A DNA stretch of 64,000 nt. Origin: Phoronis australis (taxonomy: Eukaryota; Animalia; Phoronida). Of this stretch, positions 13,701 through 26,479 are shown piece by piece (position 1 is the first letter of the stretch; every line of letters starts with the position of its first letter). The stretch is from the NCBI GenBank assembly GCA_002633005.1, contig NMRA01000071.1, positions 1,073,961-1,137,960 on the forward strand, given 5' to 3'. Made by a program: the position numbers and the translations under genes. The notes beneath the pieces were generated by a model. That model was not told the origin of the DNA, searched no databases, and saw only the letters and a program-made list of their open reading frames with translations.

Positions 13701-16435
13701 AAGTGACAAAAACAATTTCGAGTTTGATTTGGATTGAAAGTTTCACTCTAGAGGTGTATTCCCAAAACATGATCGCATAATCCCTTTTCAGGGTTTTAAA
13801 TCAATCCATACAAGACTGGGCTGGAATCTGTTTAGCCCAAAAAGCATTTAAATGCTATGTGGAGAATAATAAAACATCTGTACTAAACTGTGTTGAAAAA
13901 ATGAACCCTTTTGGAGTTCCGTATCCACAAATTGTACCATTTTTCTAGCTGCTATTAACCCAACCTCTTTTTAGAATCGCCATGTAACAATATAAGAATG
14001 GTCTGGTACAAACAATGTTGGTTTTGGCCAAATTAGCAGCAAAAATCACAAGCACTCACATGAAGATTGGCATTGGATTTGGATACTAGTGTCTGATGTC
14101 AATCTTCATTTGTGAGCTCGTGATCAGACTCTTGATCTCGTACTGTTCCTTACTGAGATTACATGTGGTATATTGGCTTCGGTTGAACTGATAGTTTGTT
14201 ATTGCTTAAGACCTGGTGCAATAACTATGGCTTTGAGCAATAACAAAGTTTGAATTCTTCCAAGTCCACTAAAGAACAAGTTGAGACAGGGATATATACA
14301 GGGCTTGGAATTTTCCTTTTTCGTTTTTATTTCCTCTTATTCGATTTCCAGCTTCTTTTTCATCGTTTTTTTTTTGGCTAACTTGATTCATGCAAAAACA
14401 TTTATTTCAGTTTAATTTTACAACACAAAAATATTTCCATCACACAAGCCTATTTGTGAAATGATAGATCACCTGGAAAATTTTCCTCTTATAGTCATTC
14501 CAATTCCTGTATATAGTGGTAATTTGTTCAGATCAAAATTTATTCTTTTTCACATAAGACGCATTTATAGCAACTTTAAGGGATTTAATTCAAAGGAAAT
14601 CTGGAAGCTAGAAGACACCATCTGATAAGCGCATTCTGAAGAAACAATTGTGCTTGTACTTCCCAAGATGTTCAACTCACATTGTTAGGTATAGGGATAG
14701 GGTTCATTTCACCATCCTTGGGCTTTCAGAGTACCCTCCTAAAACCATTCCAAGGGGGTACTCCCACAGGTTTATACAAAATACAACACTCAATTGGGTG
14801 ATTTTTCTCAAACAATTTCTTTTCAAAATTGTGCTTGAAAAAATCCCTACCAAAGCAAACTTTTTCCCATGAATACAATGGGTTTCACTCTGGAAGTTAA
14901 ACACACTGTATATGATACCTTTTTCCTACTGCAAAAGAAACCTGTATTTTTAAAACCTTGGACACCAGACTCATTTTTGACAACAGGAATCCCTGAGCCG
15001 ACTTCTTCAAGCTTAATGGGTGAAAAAGACAGCTGTCCAAGAATTATTACGAAAGGATTCAGTTGTTAGCATTAGCTCTTATAAAAAGGTTGTGCATTTG
15101 AAACATTAGGCTACAATTTTATTGAAGTCCAAACCTCGGACCACAAACAAGGTTTTTTAGCCACTGTCTAAACGGGTGGAGATTCTTCTAGTACCAGATA
15201 TGCACAAAACTAAAGGTTAGGGCCCATTTGGAACAACTCTCGGGTATTTTAGTAGCTACAAATTTACCCTCGGAACATCTGGAGCACCTCGGCTATTTTC
15301 CTATTTACATGTACAATTTTTTCTTAGAAACACTTCAGGTATTTTCGTAGCCTCAAATATCCTCTCGGAGATGAATGTTATCCAAAATATGGCAAGTCAC
15401 GTGATTTTCAATCTTGACAATAATAAGGTAACTGAAGTCCGCACACATGAAGAGAGCGTTCACCTATTAGGTGAAATTTGAGGTTACGAAAACACCCAAG
15501 GTGTTCTGGATGCCCTTGGAAGTTAATGTTTTCAGTGCATGCTCGAACTTTATGGCCAATCATTCTCCACTAAGTTTGATAATCACGAAGGTTAAATTCA
15601 CCTCCATTGAGAAGTTTGAGGTCCCGAATATACCCAAGGTGATCTGAATGGCTAAGGACCCTCACGTTGTGCGGGGTCCCACCTCAAAAAGGGAAATGGG
15701 GAAGAAAAAATTATTATGTCAACGAGGTGAGAATTTTGGCTACCTGGAGGGTCAAAAATTGTGTTGTTCTAGGAAGTGAAGACTGTGTAGTCTGCGAAGT
15801 GGTGGAAATTGGGTGCCAGCAGTGTCTACTGTAACACTGTACTAAGACAGATAGGGGGAAGGGGGCGCGGCAAGAGGGCCATGGCCCTGCCTAAAATTCT
15901 CCCAGATTCCATTTGCTTGTTTGGGGGTGCAAATGTCTGACAGGCAAAATACTCTGCCCTTGCCGCTACCCCCTAACTCAAAATCCTGGATCATCCCCTG
16001 CTGTAAGATCTTACAGCAGGGGAGGATCCAGGATTTCGGGACGTTTTCAATTCATAAAATGCATTCAAACAATGAAACTGAAAAAATGCCAAGTGAAAAG
16101 AGTGAAGCCATTGTTAATTCAGGTTTATTTTCCTAGTAAAGAAACGTTAATTACATGATTCTACTACAGTTTGTTGGTAATATCACAATATATAAACAGC
16201 TACCTCACCAAAGAGTTCCCCCCGACCGCAAACTCGACCCAGTCTCAAAATAACTTTTACTCTGGCGACACCTAGCGACCTGAGAACGTAATACCGGATG
16301 TTAGCATGCGCAGAGCAAACTTCCTGGTTAAAAATTGCCAGCTGACAGCCAATGAAAACCATCGTTCTAGTGCGCTGTACCTGGGCCTTCACAAGCAATC
16401 CGTGACGTCACTTGTGAGGCCCGGGAACCAGGTTA
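10735..16435. mobile_element. 5.7-kb insertion with 10-bp TSD; AcademH-like, apparently non-autonomous
   Basis: GGAACTCACT at 10725-10734 and 16436-16445. Termini TAGTCTCCTACACAGACC and rc TAACCTGGTTCCCGGGCC match 10/18 in a striped pattern. Removing it restores the BEL frame. Confidence 0.8.
12190..12342. mobile_element. Small MITE (~150 bp)
   Basis: CGTTCAGTAGCGCTAGGACCT at the left is inverted against AGGTCCTAGCGTCTACTGAACG at the right. Confidence 0.6.
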
Positions 16436-17465
16436 GGAACTCACTAAGGTTCGCAACTTGGCTGTGGATCGTCGCTACTTCAGTGACAGCCCATCTACTG
16501 CGGAACTTCACGTTTTTACCGACGCTAGTACCGAAGCGTAGGGTGGTGTGTGTTATCTGAGGTCTGGTCATCATACTAGCATTGTAATGGCCAAAACTCG
16601 CGTGAAACCTCTGAAGAACATCACACTACCACGACTGGAATTACTAGCTACACTTATTGCTGCACAAATTGCCAACTTTGTGGAGAAATCATTGCTTGAT
16701 TCTCTGACTATCGTGAAAAAAATTTCTGTGGTCAGACAGTCAGATTGCCATTCACTGGATATCGGGACACAAGCCTCTGCCTGTGTTCGTTCAAAACCGA
16801 GTCAATGAAATCAAATCCGCACAATTTGACTCAATTAACTACTGCCCCACTATGGACAATCCCTGCGGACTTACTGAGAAGAGGCATCACTACTCAACAG
16901 CTGAAACACAATAATTTGTGGTGGAAGGGCCCATCCTGGTTACCGCAGGGTGACTGGCCCATCAGCACACTCTCTAACATTGTGGTTACTTTGATCAAAA
17001 CACGTGCTTCTGATGCAGAAAATCTGGATTGTGTATGCGACAGCTCGTCTGCGATTCAACTGTCTACTACAACATCAACGGAATTTCATTGTCATGGTCT
17101 ACAACAAAACATTGTGGAGATGAACCGTTATGGAACATTAGATAAACTACTCCTTGTGACCGCATATATGTTATTCGAGTGGCTCTCATAACCACAACAC
17201 TAATCGGATAACAATTGAGGAACTTCGACAAGCGTGTTTAATGTGGTTACGCAATAAACAAAGTCTGGAATACCGTCGGGAGCTAAAAGCATTAACCGAT
17301 AATGCTTCGCCCAAAACACCGCTGTTGAAACAACTTAACCTATTTCTGGACAAAGACGGACTGATTCGTTCTGCGGGACGATTGCAAAATGCACCAGTGG
17401 AGTACGGTGCTAAAAATCCTATTTTACTACCCCCCAATCATTGTTTCAGCCATCACAGATATTGG
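16436..17465 (+). mobile_element. BEL/Pao relic, 3' part (RNase H/Pao domain up to the pre-integrase region)
   Basis: ELHVFTDAS, MAKTRVKPLKNITLPRLELLA, FVQNRV, NPADLL, LWWKGPSWL, GLIRSAGRL, PILLP. Confidence 0.9.
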
Positions 17466-17919
17466 TAATTTCCGTTCTCCGAAGAACCACGTATGTACTG
17501 CATAGGCCTATGCCTTTACACAATAGTTAAATGCAATTTTGTAAAAACGCTGTACTAACTAAATATAACGTTGTGCTTACGTCGTGTGTTTGATAGGACT
17601 AATCGGGAGTGCCCCGGGGAAAAGTTAGCAAAGAATTTGTCGTTGTTTCACTTAGAATAACTACAAAGAGAGAAACTCAATATGTCAGCAATATTGATGA
17701 GTTTGACAAATTAGACTATCTGAATATTAATGGGATTGTAAGCTGTGAATTGAAAAATTGGCAATAAGACATAGCTAGTAAGTAAACAGCACCCTTCGGG
17801 AACCCCTTATCTGTTAATGATAGGTCATCGTCTTCTACCGGAGGAATGGATCAAGTTCGAAAGCAAACCAAGACTCGTCGAGACTTGTCAAACCTAATGC
17901 CAGTTCCAAGATAACAAGT

Positions 17920-18445
17920 AGCTGATCAAGGTGAGTAAGTTTATCAATACCTTTTTCGTCGCAGATCAACGTTACTTTGAGACTGTCATCGTTCTTTCTG
18001 TTTACGAAATCGTGTTCCTTCTCAGGCGGTGCAATGATCTTAACATTTGTTCCATCAACTTTAGCTATTAAACCGGGAAATTGAGCCACTCAATAGAAAG
18101 CGCCCTTTATTTCATTAAGCTTCTGTGGGGTTGTAAGTAATCTTACAAATCTATTCAAATGTACATATGTATTGCTATTGCAGATGTGACGCTTGTAACC
18201 GACAGCGTTCATGACGCTGCCAGTTGCAAGATGCCATAGGTACACCAACATTTCAATTAAAGTTGGCAGAGAGAAATTTCTCTTCGTGGCAGGTTTGTTA
18301 TTTTCACCCACTATACCACAAATAAAACGAATATAAAGTCCAAAACAAATCTTCCCTCTGAACTCTTAATCAGTGAATTTGTTCAGAGGATCTCTAAGTT
18401 CTCTCTCAAATTGCCGCTGTCGAAATCTATAGAGCGATTTCATCT
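17920..18445 (-). pseudogene. Harbinger (HARBI1-like) DDE transposase relic
   Basis: FPGLIAKVDGTNVKIIAPPEKEHDFVNRKN..SLKVTLICD resembles FPGVIGAIDGTH..I.AP....FVNRK..HSINVQ.ICD. LWHLATG lies upstream. Contains stops. Confidence 0.85.
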
Positions 18446-19376
18446 TGATTTGTATGAAAGTTATCCGAGGTCTGATGGACCGGTAACTTGATACGGCGGA
18501 TAGTGTGATTTATGCGGCGGATAACTAAACGATTTTTATGCAACCCAACTTAACCGGTTATACGTCGGATAAGGACTTACATGTATCCGGCGAATAAGAC
18601 CTTGCACGCCGGGTAGCAAGTTTTATGCAACCGGGCCCTGGTGTAATTCATTGGATTTGGATGAGGTACTGTTAATATGATGTATTCATCTGCCAACTGA
18701 ACTTATTTCGTGATTTTTCTTGATCTTGACATATTCGTGTGGCAGTTGATAAACATACTGCATGAAAATAGACACTCAGTTTGTGTTCTTTGCATTCTCA
18801 GGTCTACAATTTTGTAAGTCGTTTGGCGGCCGCCACTCTTCTGAATCCGCATTTGTCTTTCAGCAGGATAGAACTACAGCAAATAAGTATTCTGTCAAAA
18901 TAATTCGTCGCCGTTATGACAAATAACTCTGTTTGCAACAAAATCGTGTTTAGCTAAATTTTAAAATGACTAAGTCATTGGGCTACTAAAAGAACCAGTA
19001 TGTTAATTCACCTGACTACAAACCATATCTGAGACTAGCGATGACGAATTCCACATCATCTTGTCTGAATACGTTTAGCGTTTATTTGTTTCCCCAGTTT
19101 GTCAGTTGGCAATTCGTGTTTGGGATTAATTTGCGTACCCATTACCCAGGATATCCATATTAATTCTGTAAATTGAACTTCAATACTTCTGCGTGTCATG
19201 ACACAGCGCAACAGCATTTTAACCTAACATTGTTTTTTTGTTTCTAAAAGGATTTTGAGAGCAGATTGGGTATCCATCTCGGGTTTTTGCGATACAAGTA
19301 TAATAGAATTGGCCGCACATAACAAAACTGGATTGGTCACCCCAAGCGACAAACATGAATACATGTAAATGCTCAC

Positions 19377-19518
19377 GTGGTACGAATGAATTCATCACCC
19401 AGATCTTTCCATCGCCGTCACACTTGTGATTCTTTCCTTCGCTGAAGATGAGTGTCTTACTAGAGGTTCCAAAACTGCTGTCGCAGTAGCAAGTGGAGGA
19501 TATCACGCCCGCCAGTTT
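19377..19518 (-). CDS. Probable upstream exon of the WSC gene (degenerate half-WSC-like)
   Basis: Acceptor GCTCTAG, donor GTGAGC. KLAGVISSTCYCDSSFG resembles the WSC AG....C.CG motif. Ends in phase 1 and joins the 6399 exon in frame (..FVP-P-LPGC). Confidence 0.55.
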
Positions 19519-21329
19519 CTAGAGCATGTGGAAGATCTTAAATATTATAAAGTTTCCCGATAGTAATCCTCAGGGCCGATGTTTGTAATACGACAAAGTA
19601 TAGTTTTCCAGATTTCACCATTTAAGCCCTGGCTTCTATGGGGGAAATGGTACGAGTGTATATAAACGAAAAATATTGGTGAACACCTTGCTGAATGGGT
19701 GAAGGTGAGGGAGGCGTGGTTAAGAGGTCTTAAGTTAAGTAGTAACCAATTCGGCTATCGCTGTCCACAACGAATAAACACCGGTACACTGCAAGGTCAG
19801 TTAAGACTAGCTAGGTGCTGTAATAGACGCTGGTTGGACACAAAAATGTAAGACTTAACTGGACTTAAGAATTCTTCTAGCTACTTAGTAGAAACTATGT
19901 GTTTGTTGTTTGGCTTCTGTGACACGGGTTTGTGATTGATCTGGATAGGTCATTTTCCTTCTTCTTCTGGTCGGGACTTTCAAACGTACACTGCTTGCCA
20001 TCACGTTCAAATAAGATTTCATACATTTTCAGAAAAACCATGCTGTCCAGATCAAAAATACTACGTGAATCGTCACTGTAGCCAGGTCATAGCATAGGCG
20101 TAGTGTTTTGCTCAAATTGATAACCGGTTTTGCTGATTTCAGTTAGTCCGTGTTCTGGCCCTCTTAAATGATCATTGCCCTCTAACGAGAAAGTTGAAAG
20201 CAGGAGTAGACTAAAACTTGATACTCCCTGGGTCACAGATTGTGCATTTTGGTTCTTGGTAGATGGTGTTCTTTTTAGAGGAGGGGGTTAAAGAGTTCCC
20301 CACCGGGCTGATTACCTTTTGACCTGTTCCAATATTTTATCGACCTTAGTTTCCTCCTGCCCTCCATTCCTGGCGTTTTACCTCTACCTGCACACTACCC
20401 ACTCGCATCTTCCACCAAATTTTTCACCTCTGCGTGTCATTTTTAAGTGGAGCCTTCACGCGTATTCTTTATCTCTGTGATTACTTGGCGAAATTCGTTA
20501 GAAGCACTACGTACAGTAAAGATGTCAATAATAAGTATTTTTTTGTAGAAAATGATCCGCCCTAAATCACTCAACCGTGTGCAGTAAATATTGTGACGTG
20601 GGGTTGGGGAATAACACTCCATGATGCAGGCTATAAGAGCCCGCAAAGTAAATTACTAGCACGGAGGTCGCCTAGTTGCATCTTTTTCTTTTACATTTAG
20701 AAGTTGTAAATTAATACAACTGCACTTTGTTTAGCGAAGCTGGAAACTATCGCTTAGTTTGTGCTATGCACTTTGCAATAGCTAGAATCGTGCAAAAACT
20801 TCTGTAAGAAAGCTTACGGAGGCCAACATTACTACATAATAATTTGTCTTTGCTTTGTGGTCTCAAACTCAAGTACCTCCTATTGCCGTTACCTCCTCAC
20901 ATTTTGAGGTAAATTTGCCCCCTCCCCTCTCGCCGCGCAGTGTCTTCTCACTTCGCTAGTGTTGGAACATACCCTTTGGAAGCAGTCACCAGTTTGAAGA
21001 TTTTGCTTCATTACCTCTTGAACAGATTGTTAGTGCTAGAGCTGGATGAGGCAAGACAGTATTTTCTACCCTCTCTCCTTTAACGGAAGGAAACTGCCTA
21101 AGAGGGGTTTCCGTGTTAGGCATGAGGCAAATGGTGACATTTGATTCAATTATCTGATCACCCTGCTCCTGTTATCGGATAACCTTCCACAATTTTCTTA
21201 ACTAAAATATTTCAAAGTCATATGGAGTATAGTGTAAACGAGTATAAAATAAAAACCAAATAATAAAGATATAAAATTAGGTACATTAATATTAAGGTAC
21301 CGTCTTCTTAAGATTATTAGAACTGTGCT

Positions 21330-21640
21330 GTTGATAGCCGCTCGTGGAATAATGCTGCGCGTTATGTTCACTTGTGCGATATAGGGATGACGACAGCGCG
21401 CTCACACTGCGCTATTGAAGAACACCGGCGTTCTTACAAGAATTTCTGTTCTCAATCACCAGATGTCAGCAAGTGTAGATTCGCGAGTACACATATGAAT
21501 AATAAGATTGTGCAATATGAAAAAAGCGCGCAGATTGCCACAGGTCGTGGGTCGAGGGGGTCGTGGGTTATATGTCGTGGGGTTGTGGGTTGAGGAGGTC
21601 GTGGATGGAGGGGGTCGAGGAGTATGGTGGTCGAGGGAGT
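21330..21640. repeat. Dispersed repeat with GGTCGTGGGTCGAGGG-rich end
   Basis: Diverged similarity to c.25800-25940 and c.41170-41430. The same G-rich motif occurs inverted near 5565 and 40720. Confidence 0.55.
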
Positions 21641-23339
21641 TTCACTACAATCCGAAAAAACATCTCTGAAGATTGTGGATTTGTCACTCTTCACAATCTT
21701 TGCCTTTCTATTTTAATGTTCTGTGGTACTTCGCTTCTTAACTCATAAGGTCTTTTTATCTTCGAATTTCATTTGGATATTCAGGGCTCCGCACTGAGCT
21801 ATTGCTATGAAAAAACGCGAACTGTTAATGCTAATTGAACATTTAACCACGAGAGTTGTCATGCAAATTTTTCAGACGGACTTATCAGGAACTGATCCAC
21901 AGGCAGCCTGAGAAATTTACATGTTGTCTGATCTGTCACCTAAAAAAATTCACAGTCTAAGAATTTGATTAGTTGGTGCAACTGAAGATAAGTCAGCTAA
22001 TTTACATGAAGCACTGCAGTGAATGAAAATTAATTTTTTAATCAAATGCTCAAACCATAGCCAATCGATTTACACTTAAGGTAGTCAACTTTGACGAAAT
22101 GGACTGTGACTTCCCCTGTCCTCAAATTACGACGAGGACGTTGGCCACTTAGGCACTTCAATTTAATTACAATTCACCTATCTAAGTAATTAATAATTAT
22201 GGAAAATTGAGAAGAGTTTCCGCCCGTCCCAGCATTACGGCGGGGGATGGCGGGGGTATGAAGTGTTTGTAAAACCAATGCGATTGTCAAACGTTTCTGT
22301 GGAGCCGTTTCCATTGCTGTTGTTGCGACTCGGGAATTATTTTCTATACATGGCGTGCCTGACCATGTCGGTGCTACTGTTGAAACTGGTATGCTTATTA
22401 CAGTGGTGCTACAGTTCCTGAAGCCGCTCATAATTATGTACGTTGTGTTTTGGCTGATTTTGATGCTGCTGCCGTTGCTGCTGTTGCGTGGGCGGCGCAG
22501 GATCGAAAAAGTAGGGCTATAGCCCCTCAGTCCCCATGAGGTGCATTACCCATAGACCATGGGCGGCGCAGCAAGGAAAGAAGTCTGGGCGCTATAGCCC
22601 CCAGCTCACCATGGTGCACCGTCCACGTGATGTTGAAGTTTCGCAACTGGTGTGGATGCAATGCTTTAGCCCCGAATAACGTTTATTCGGGATTTTATGG
22701 ATATCAAATCCAGACGTGGGCATAATTTTCCCAGAAACCCATTTTAATGTAAACCCAAAAAACGCTGACATATGCAACAGTTGAAAGCAGGTATAAAAAT
22801 GGCCGTACCTTGAAGCCACGTCCACACCTTAATCTACATAACTCGTAGGGTTCTTCTTTCGACTTTCCTTTCGATGTTACGTCGACTATGGGACTCCTGT
22901 AACATCCATGAATTGTTCTTGGATGTACCCAATATTCTTGTTTCCCTGTAAGAAATGGCAGATGTTTAATGCAAATCTTGGTTTATTTGCTTGTTGGTGC
23001 AATGTATTTTAGTCAATCTTTCCATCAAAACGTGTCAAATATCTTGTTGAAACACAATTTACTAAATACCTTCCATATTAGTGGCTTTGTTATTAACTGT
23101 TTACTTGGGGAAATGAAATTTCTACAAGCACCTTGCCTTTTTCCCGTTTATTTCTCGAACTTATATCTCATCTACATAAAACAGCACGTGTTTTGCTAAT
23201 GGGTCGGAAACTTTTCTTTTTGCTTGAAATCAAACGCAAAATGGCGATTCGGATGCCATTTTCCATTATTTAGTTTGTGAAGCCATAGCCCCGCTGTCTC
23301 TGGTTTGAATCATAATACGGGAATAGACATTTTTCACTG

Positions 23340-23537
23340 CCATTGGGATTAAGCAATGTTGGTGCAATACACTGTATCTCATTCACTCCCTTGCGATTAT
23401 TCACAAGTAAGACCGAGCTCAGAGGAGTAGGAGACAACTTTGTGCAATACTCGAAAGTCAGTCAGTGGAGCCAGGATTTGAACCCAGGACTCCTAAGCAG
23501 GAGTCTGGAGCTTTAACCACTGAGCCACACTGTCTCC
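23340..23537 (-). mobile_element. tRNA-derived SINE
   Basis: Minus strand GTGGCTCAGTGGTTAAAGC (A box) ... GGGTTCAAATCCTGGCTCCA (B box). The anticodon arm pairs poorly. The 3' boundary is approximate. Confidence 0.7.
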
Positions 23538-26479
23538 TCATAGAGTCTCTTAGTGGACCTTTCTGATGTTTGGCACATACATGAAAATAGATATTGTGCA
23601 GTGTGAACTGCTCTGCTCTAGTCGTTTCTCGCTTCCACTAAACATTATCAACAGGGCTCTTATGGTTAACTAGGAGTTAAATGTTTTTGTTTGAAATCAG
23701 ACGCCCGATGGATCTTGGCCAACATATGTTTCGTTTGCTGAGCTGTGGATCTCCTATCTCCGGATGGATTTATCTTACGTTTCATCTATTAAGACCACTT
23801 GAAGAGCTGTCTAAAGTGAGGTACATGTATCTGTTATTACGTCAAGCGTTTCTCGCTCCATTACTTACAGAGTGAGGGCTGTCCTTTTAAACTAACTCCT
23901 CTTTGAATTTTTTTGGTCAACAATCACGTAGGTCGCGCTACAGGTGACATTATTGGGGATTAATAATTTAATACACCTGTAACATGGCATTTCTTCTTTA
24001 AAATGCTTAGCTTTTCACACTGAAACCTCGGAGTTCCTTTAAATGTTTTCTACAATTACTTCATTCATTTTTGTAATTTTCTGTGTGCAGATTGATGTAG
24101 AATTTGAGGGTGACCATTGAAATCTTCACATTCCTTCTACGGACTTTGAAGCCTGTTTAAGGATTGGTTCACCACAAGGGACCACCACAAAATATCTATC
24201 ACCGCCCTGTCACAATTGTGTGAGAGAAGTATTTCTCTTTTTGAAGAAAAAAATATTTAAGTTTTTGGACTGCGAAATGTTGAAAATAATAAATGATTGA
24301 TTTTGAAATCTTAGATACATCACGTGATCAATAGAAAGGCCGGATGGGGGAGTTGTGGATCCCAGCTGCGCTCCATTCAATTTTTTCTTCACAATCTTCT
24401 TCTCTTTGACTGTCCATCCGTCGGCTATATTGACAGCCGCTTTGTTCGTGTGGTCCTCAGACACACTATCTTATATTCATTTACTTATATTGAACTGAAA
24501 TCATTGCCACGCTCGAGTTTTGCACTGTTGTCAGGTGTGCCACTGAAGTACTGTATTTGCGTTTCTCTCGTCGTTAGAGGTGTCGTCATCACCATTGTCA
24601 TCTTCGGCCATGCAGCGGCGTTGTCACAGTGACGGCCAAACAGTTGTCATTGGCAGTCTTGTCTCACTGTAGTCTGTATAATTTAGTTGCTCACGAAATA
24701 GCCACTGAAGTTGTCCATTACATCGTCAGCGGCGAGTTGGCGATCGTTATAGAATGTTTGGGTAAACGTCGTGATGTTACGACGCTTGCTGTCACTCTCA
24801 GATTATCCGGTTTTTCGGGTTATTGACGCTAACAGTATCATAATAAGATATTTATGGTTGCCCTCCAAGAACAGAAAAATCTAGACAATTTAATTCAATG
24901 AAATTGTAACCAGGTAAAAGTTGTCAACATATAAATCAAATGGCGAAAACAAATGAACACTTGCATGACAGTTGAAGACTGATCAGGATCACTGTACACC
25001 AAGTGGCGCGCAGGACTGTGACCAAGAACATCGCTGCAGATGGAAAGACACTGGGACCACGTGGACTGGAACAAAGTTGGGTCACAATTAGTTGTGTAGG
25101 TTCTTTCAAGTTCCTCACCTGCTTGAAATATGTGGATATCACATGGCACTTGCGAGTAGATCACGATGGAGCTCAAACTAATGTCTAGGAAATCCAAGTT
25201 TACATTTTGAAAGACACCATCGAATGAATATTTGATATATTGTAAGTGAGAACTTTGTCACTTCTACGGTTATTTATTCATCTCGCCACTCTGAAGTTTT
25301 CTTAGAGACTCAGAGTAACTTGTTATAATTTCTAGAGAAGAGCGGGCTTATTTGTAGTTGGATAGGACACTCTCTAAATAGTTGGGGAAGATGCAATCGA
25401 TTAGTTGGCGGAAGCTGTTTTAACGTGTACCAGTGTAAATTCCCTCCAATACACAGATGTAGGCAGATAATTGTGCCTGGTCTGCTGAGAATGGTATCAC
25501 GAAGCAAACATTTCACTATGCTTAACCGGAGTTACCCGACGAAAGGCGCCTCATTCTTTCCATATGCTCACTAATAAATACACATTGCCGGTGTTCACGT
25601 CCATCCTGATTTGATGCAATTCTACAGTAGCTTCTACCAATGAATATAAAGTGAAACACCACCAATGGAGAATTCCACACGCCGGTAACATGTTTACGTA
25701 CAACTTTTTTCAGTAAAGGCAGTTTGAAAGAACAAATTGTTGAATTAAAAGATGGAAACAATAAAAAATGTAAAATTATGCTCATTCACCTTAACGTACT
25801 CTCTCCCTAAGTTTTGTGGAACGTGGCCATTGGTACATGTAGCTGCTCGTGGAAATATTTCCTAGACATCGACAGCGCGTTTACAGTTCGTTATTTCAGA
25901 CCATGTTCTTACGTGACTTTCCGATATTAACCACCATAGTTTAGCCAGAGAAGAATTGCGTGTAGTTAAGTCTCTTGAGAAAGTCATTCAGCGACATATG
26001 GTTGTAAAAGGTATAAAACGCGCAAAAATATCTATTGTAAAAGGTCGTGTATTCAAATAATTGTGGTTCGAGTTTGCTCTGGATCGAGGTTCGGGTACTT
26101 AGGGTAAGCGAGGTTTATAGGACGTGACCCACAGAAGGGATTTAGTTTCACGGGAGTTTCTCCCCGAAATGCTACCTTTTGTAAGTTACTTTCTCGAAAA
26201 GCGTTCTGTTTGGTGAAATGTCTTTTTCGAATACCGCTATCGCAAAGAGTGCAAGTTTTCCCAGAATAAAACTGCAAAAGAGTGCCCATTTTTATCCACG
26301 ATGTGTAATTGAATGGGTGTGCTATTCCTTATTCTTGGTTCAAAGCTGTGTCATTAAAAACTACAGTCTTCCTTTTCTAAACTAAATTATGTAACGGTGT
26401 TGCAAAAATGGCATTCTAACGTTATTCTCCTGCTAAGGGTGTGGAGCAATCTTTAGCGACAGCTTTCGGCTCCATGAAA

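Larger units (their letters stand above)
6876..18637. mobile_element. PIF/Harbinger transposon, decayed and inflated by nested insertions
   Basis: TIRs GGTCAGGTTGCATACAAG and rc GGCCCGGTTGCATAAAAC (14/18). CTG TSD on both sides (6873-6875, 18638-18640). Subterminal CGGATA repeats. Convergent Myb/SANT and transposase relics. Confidence 0.85.

Noticed and set aside
23461-23537. tRNA gene
   Set aside because: A and B boxes are present, but the cloverleaf is poor and the sequence continues into a SINE-like body.
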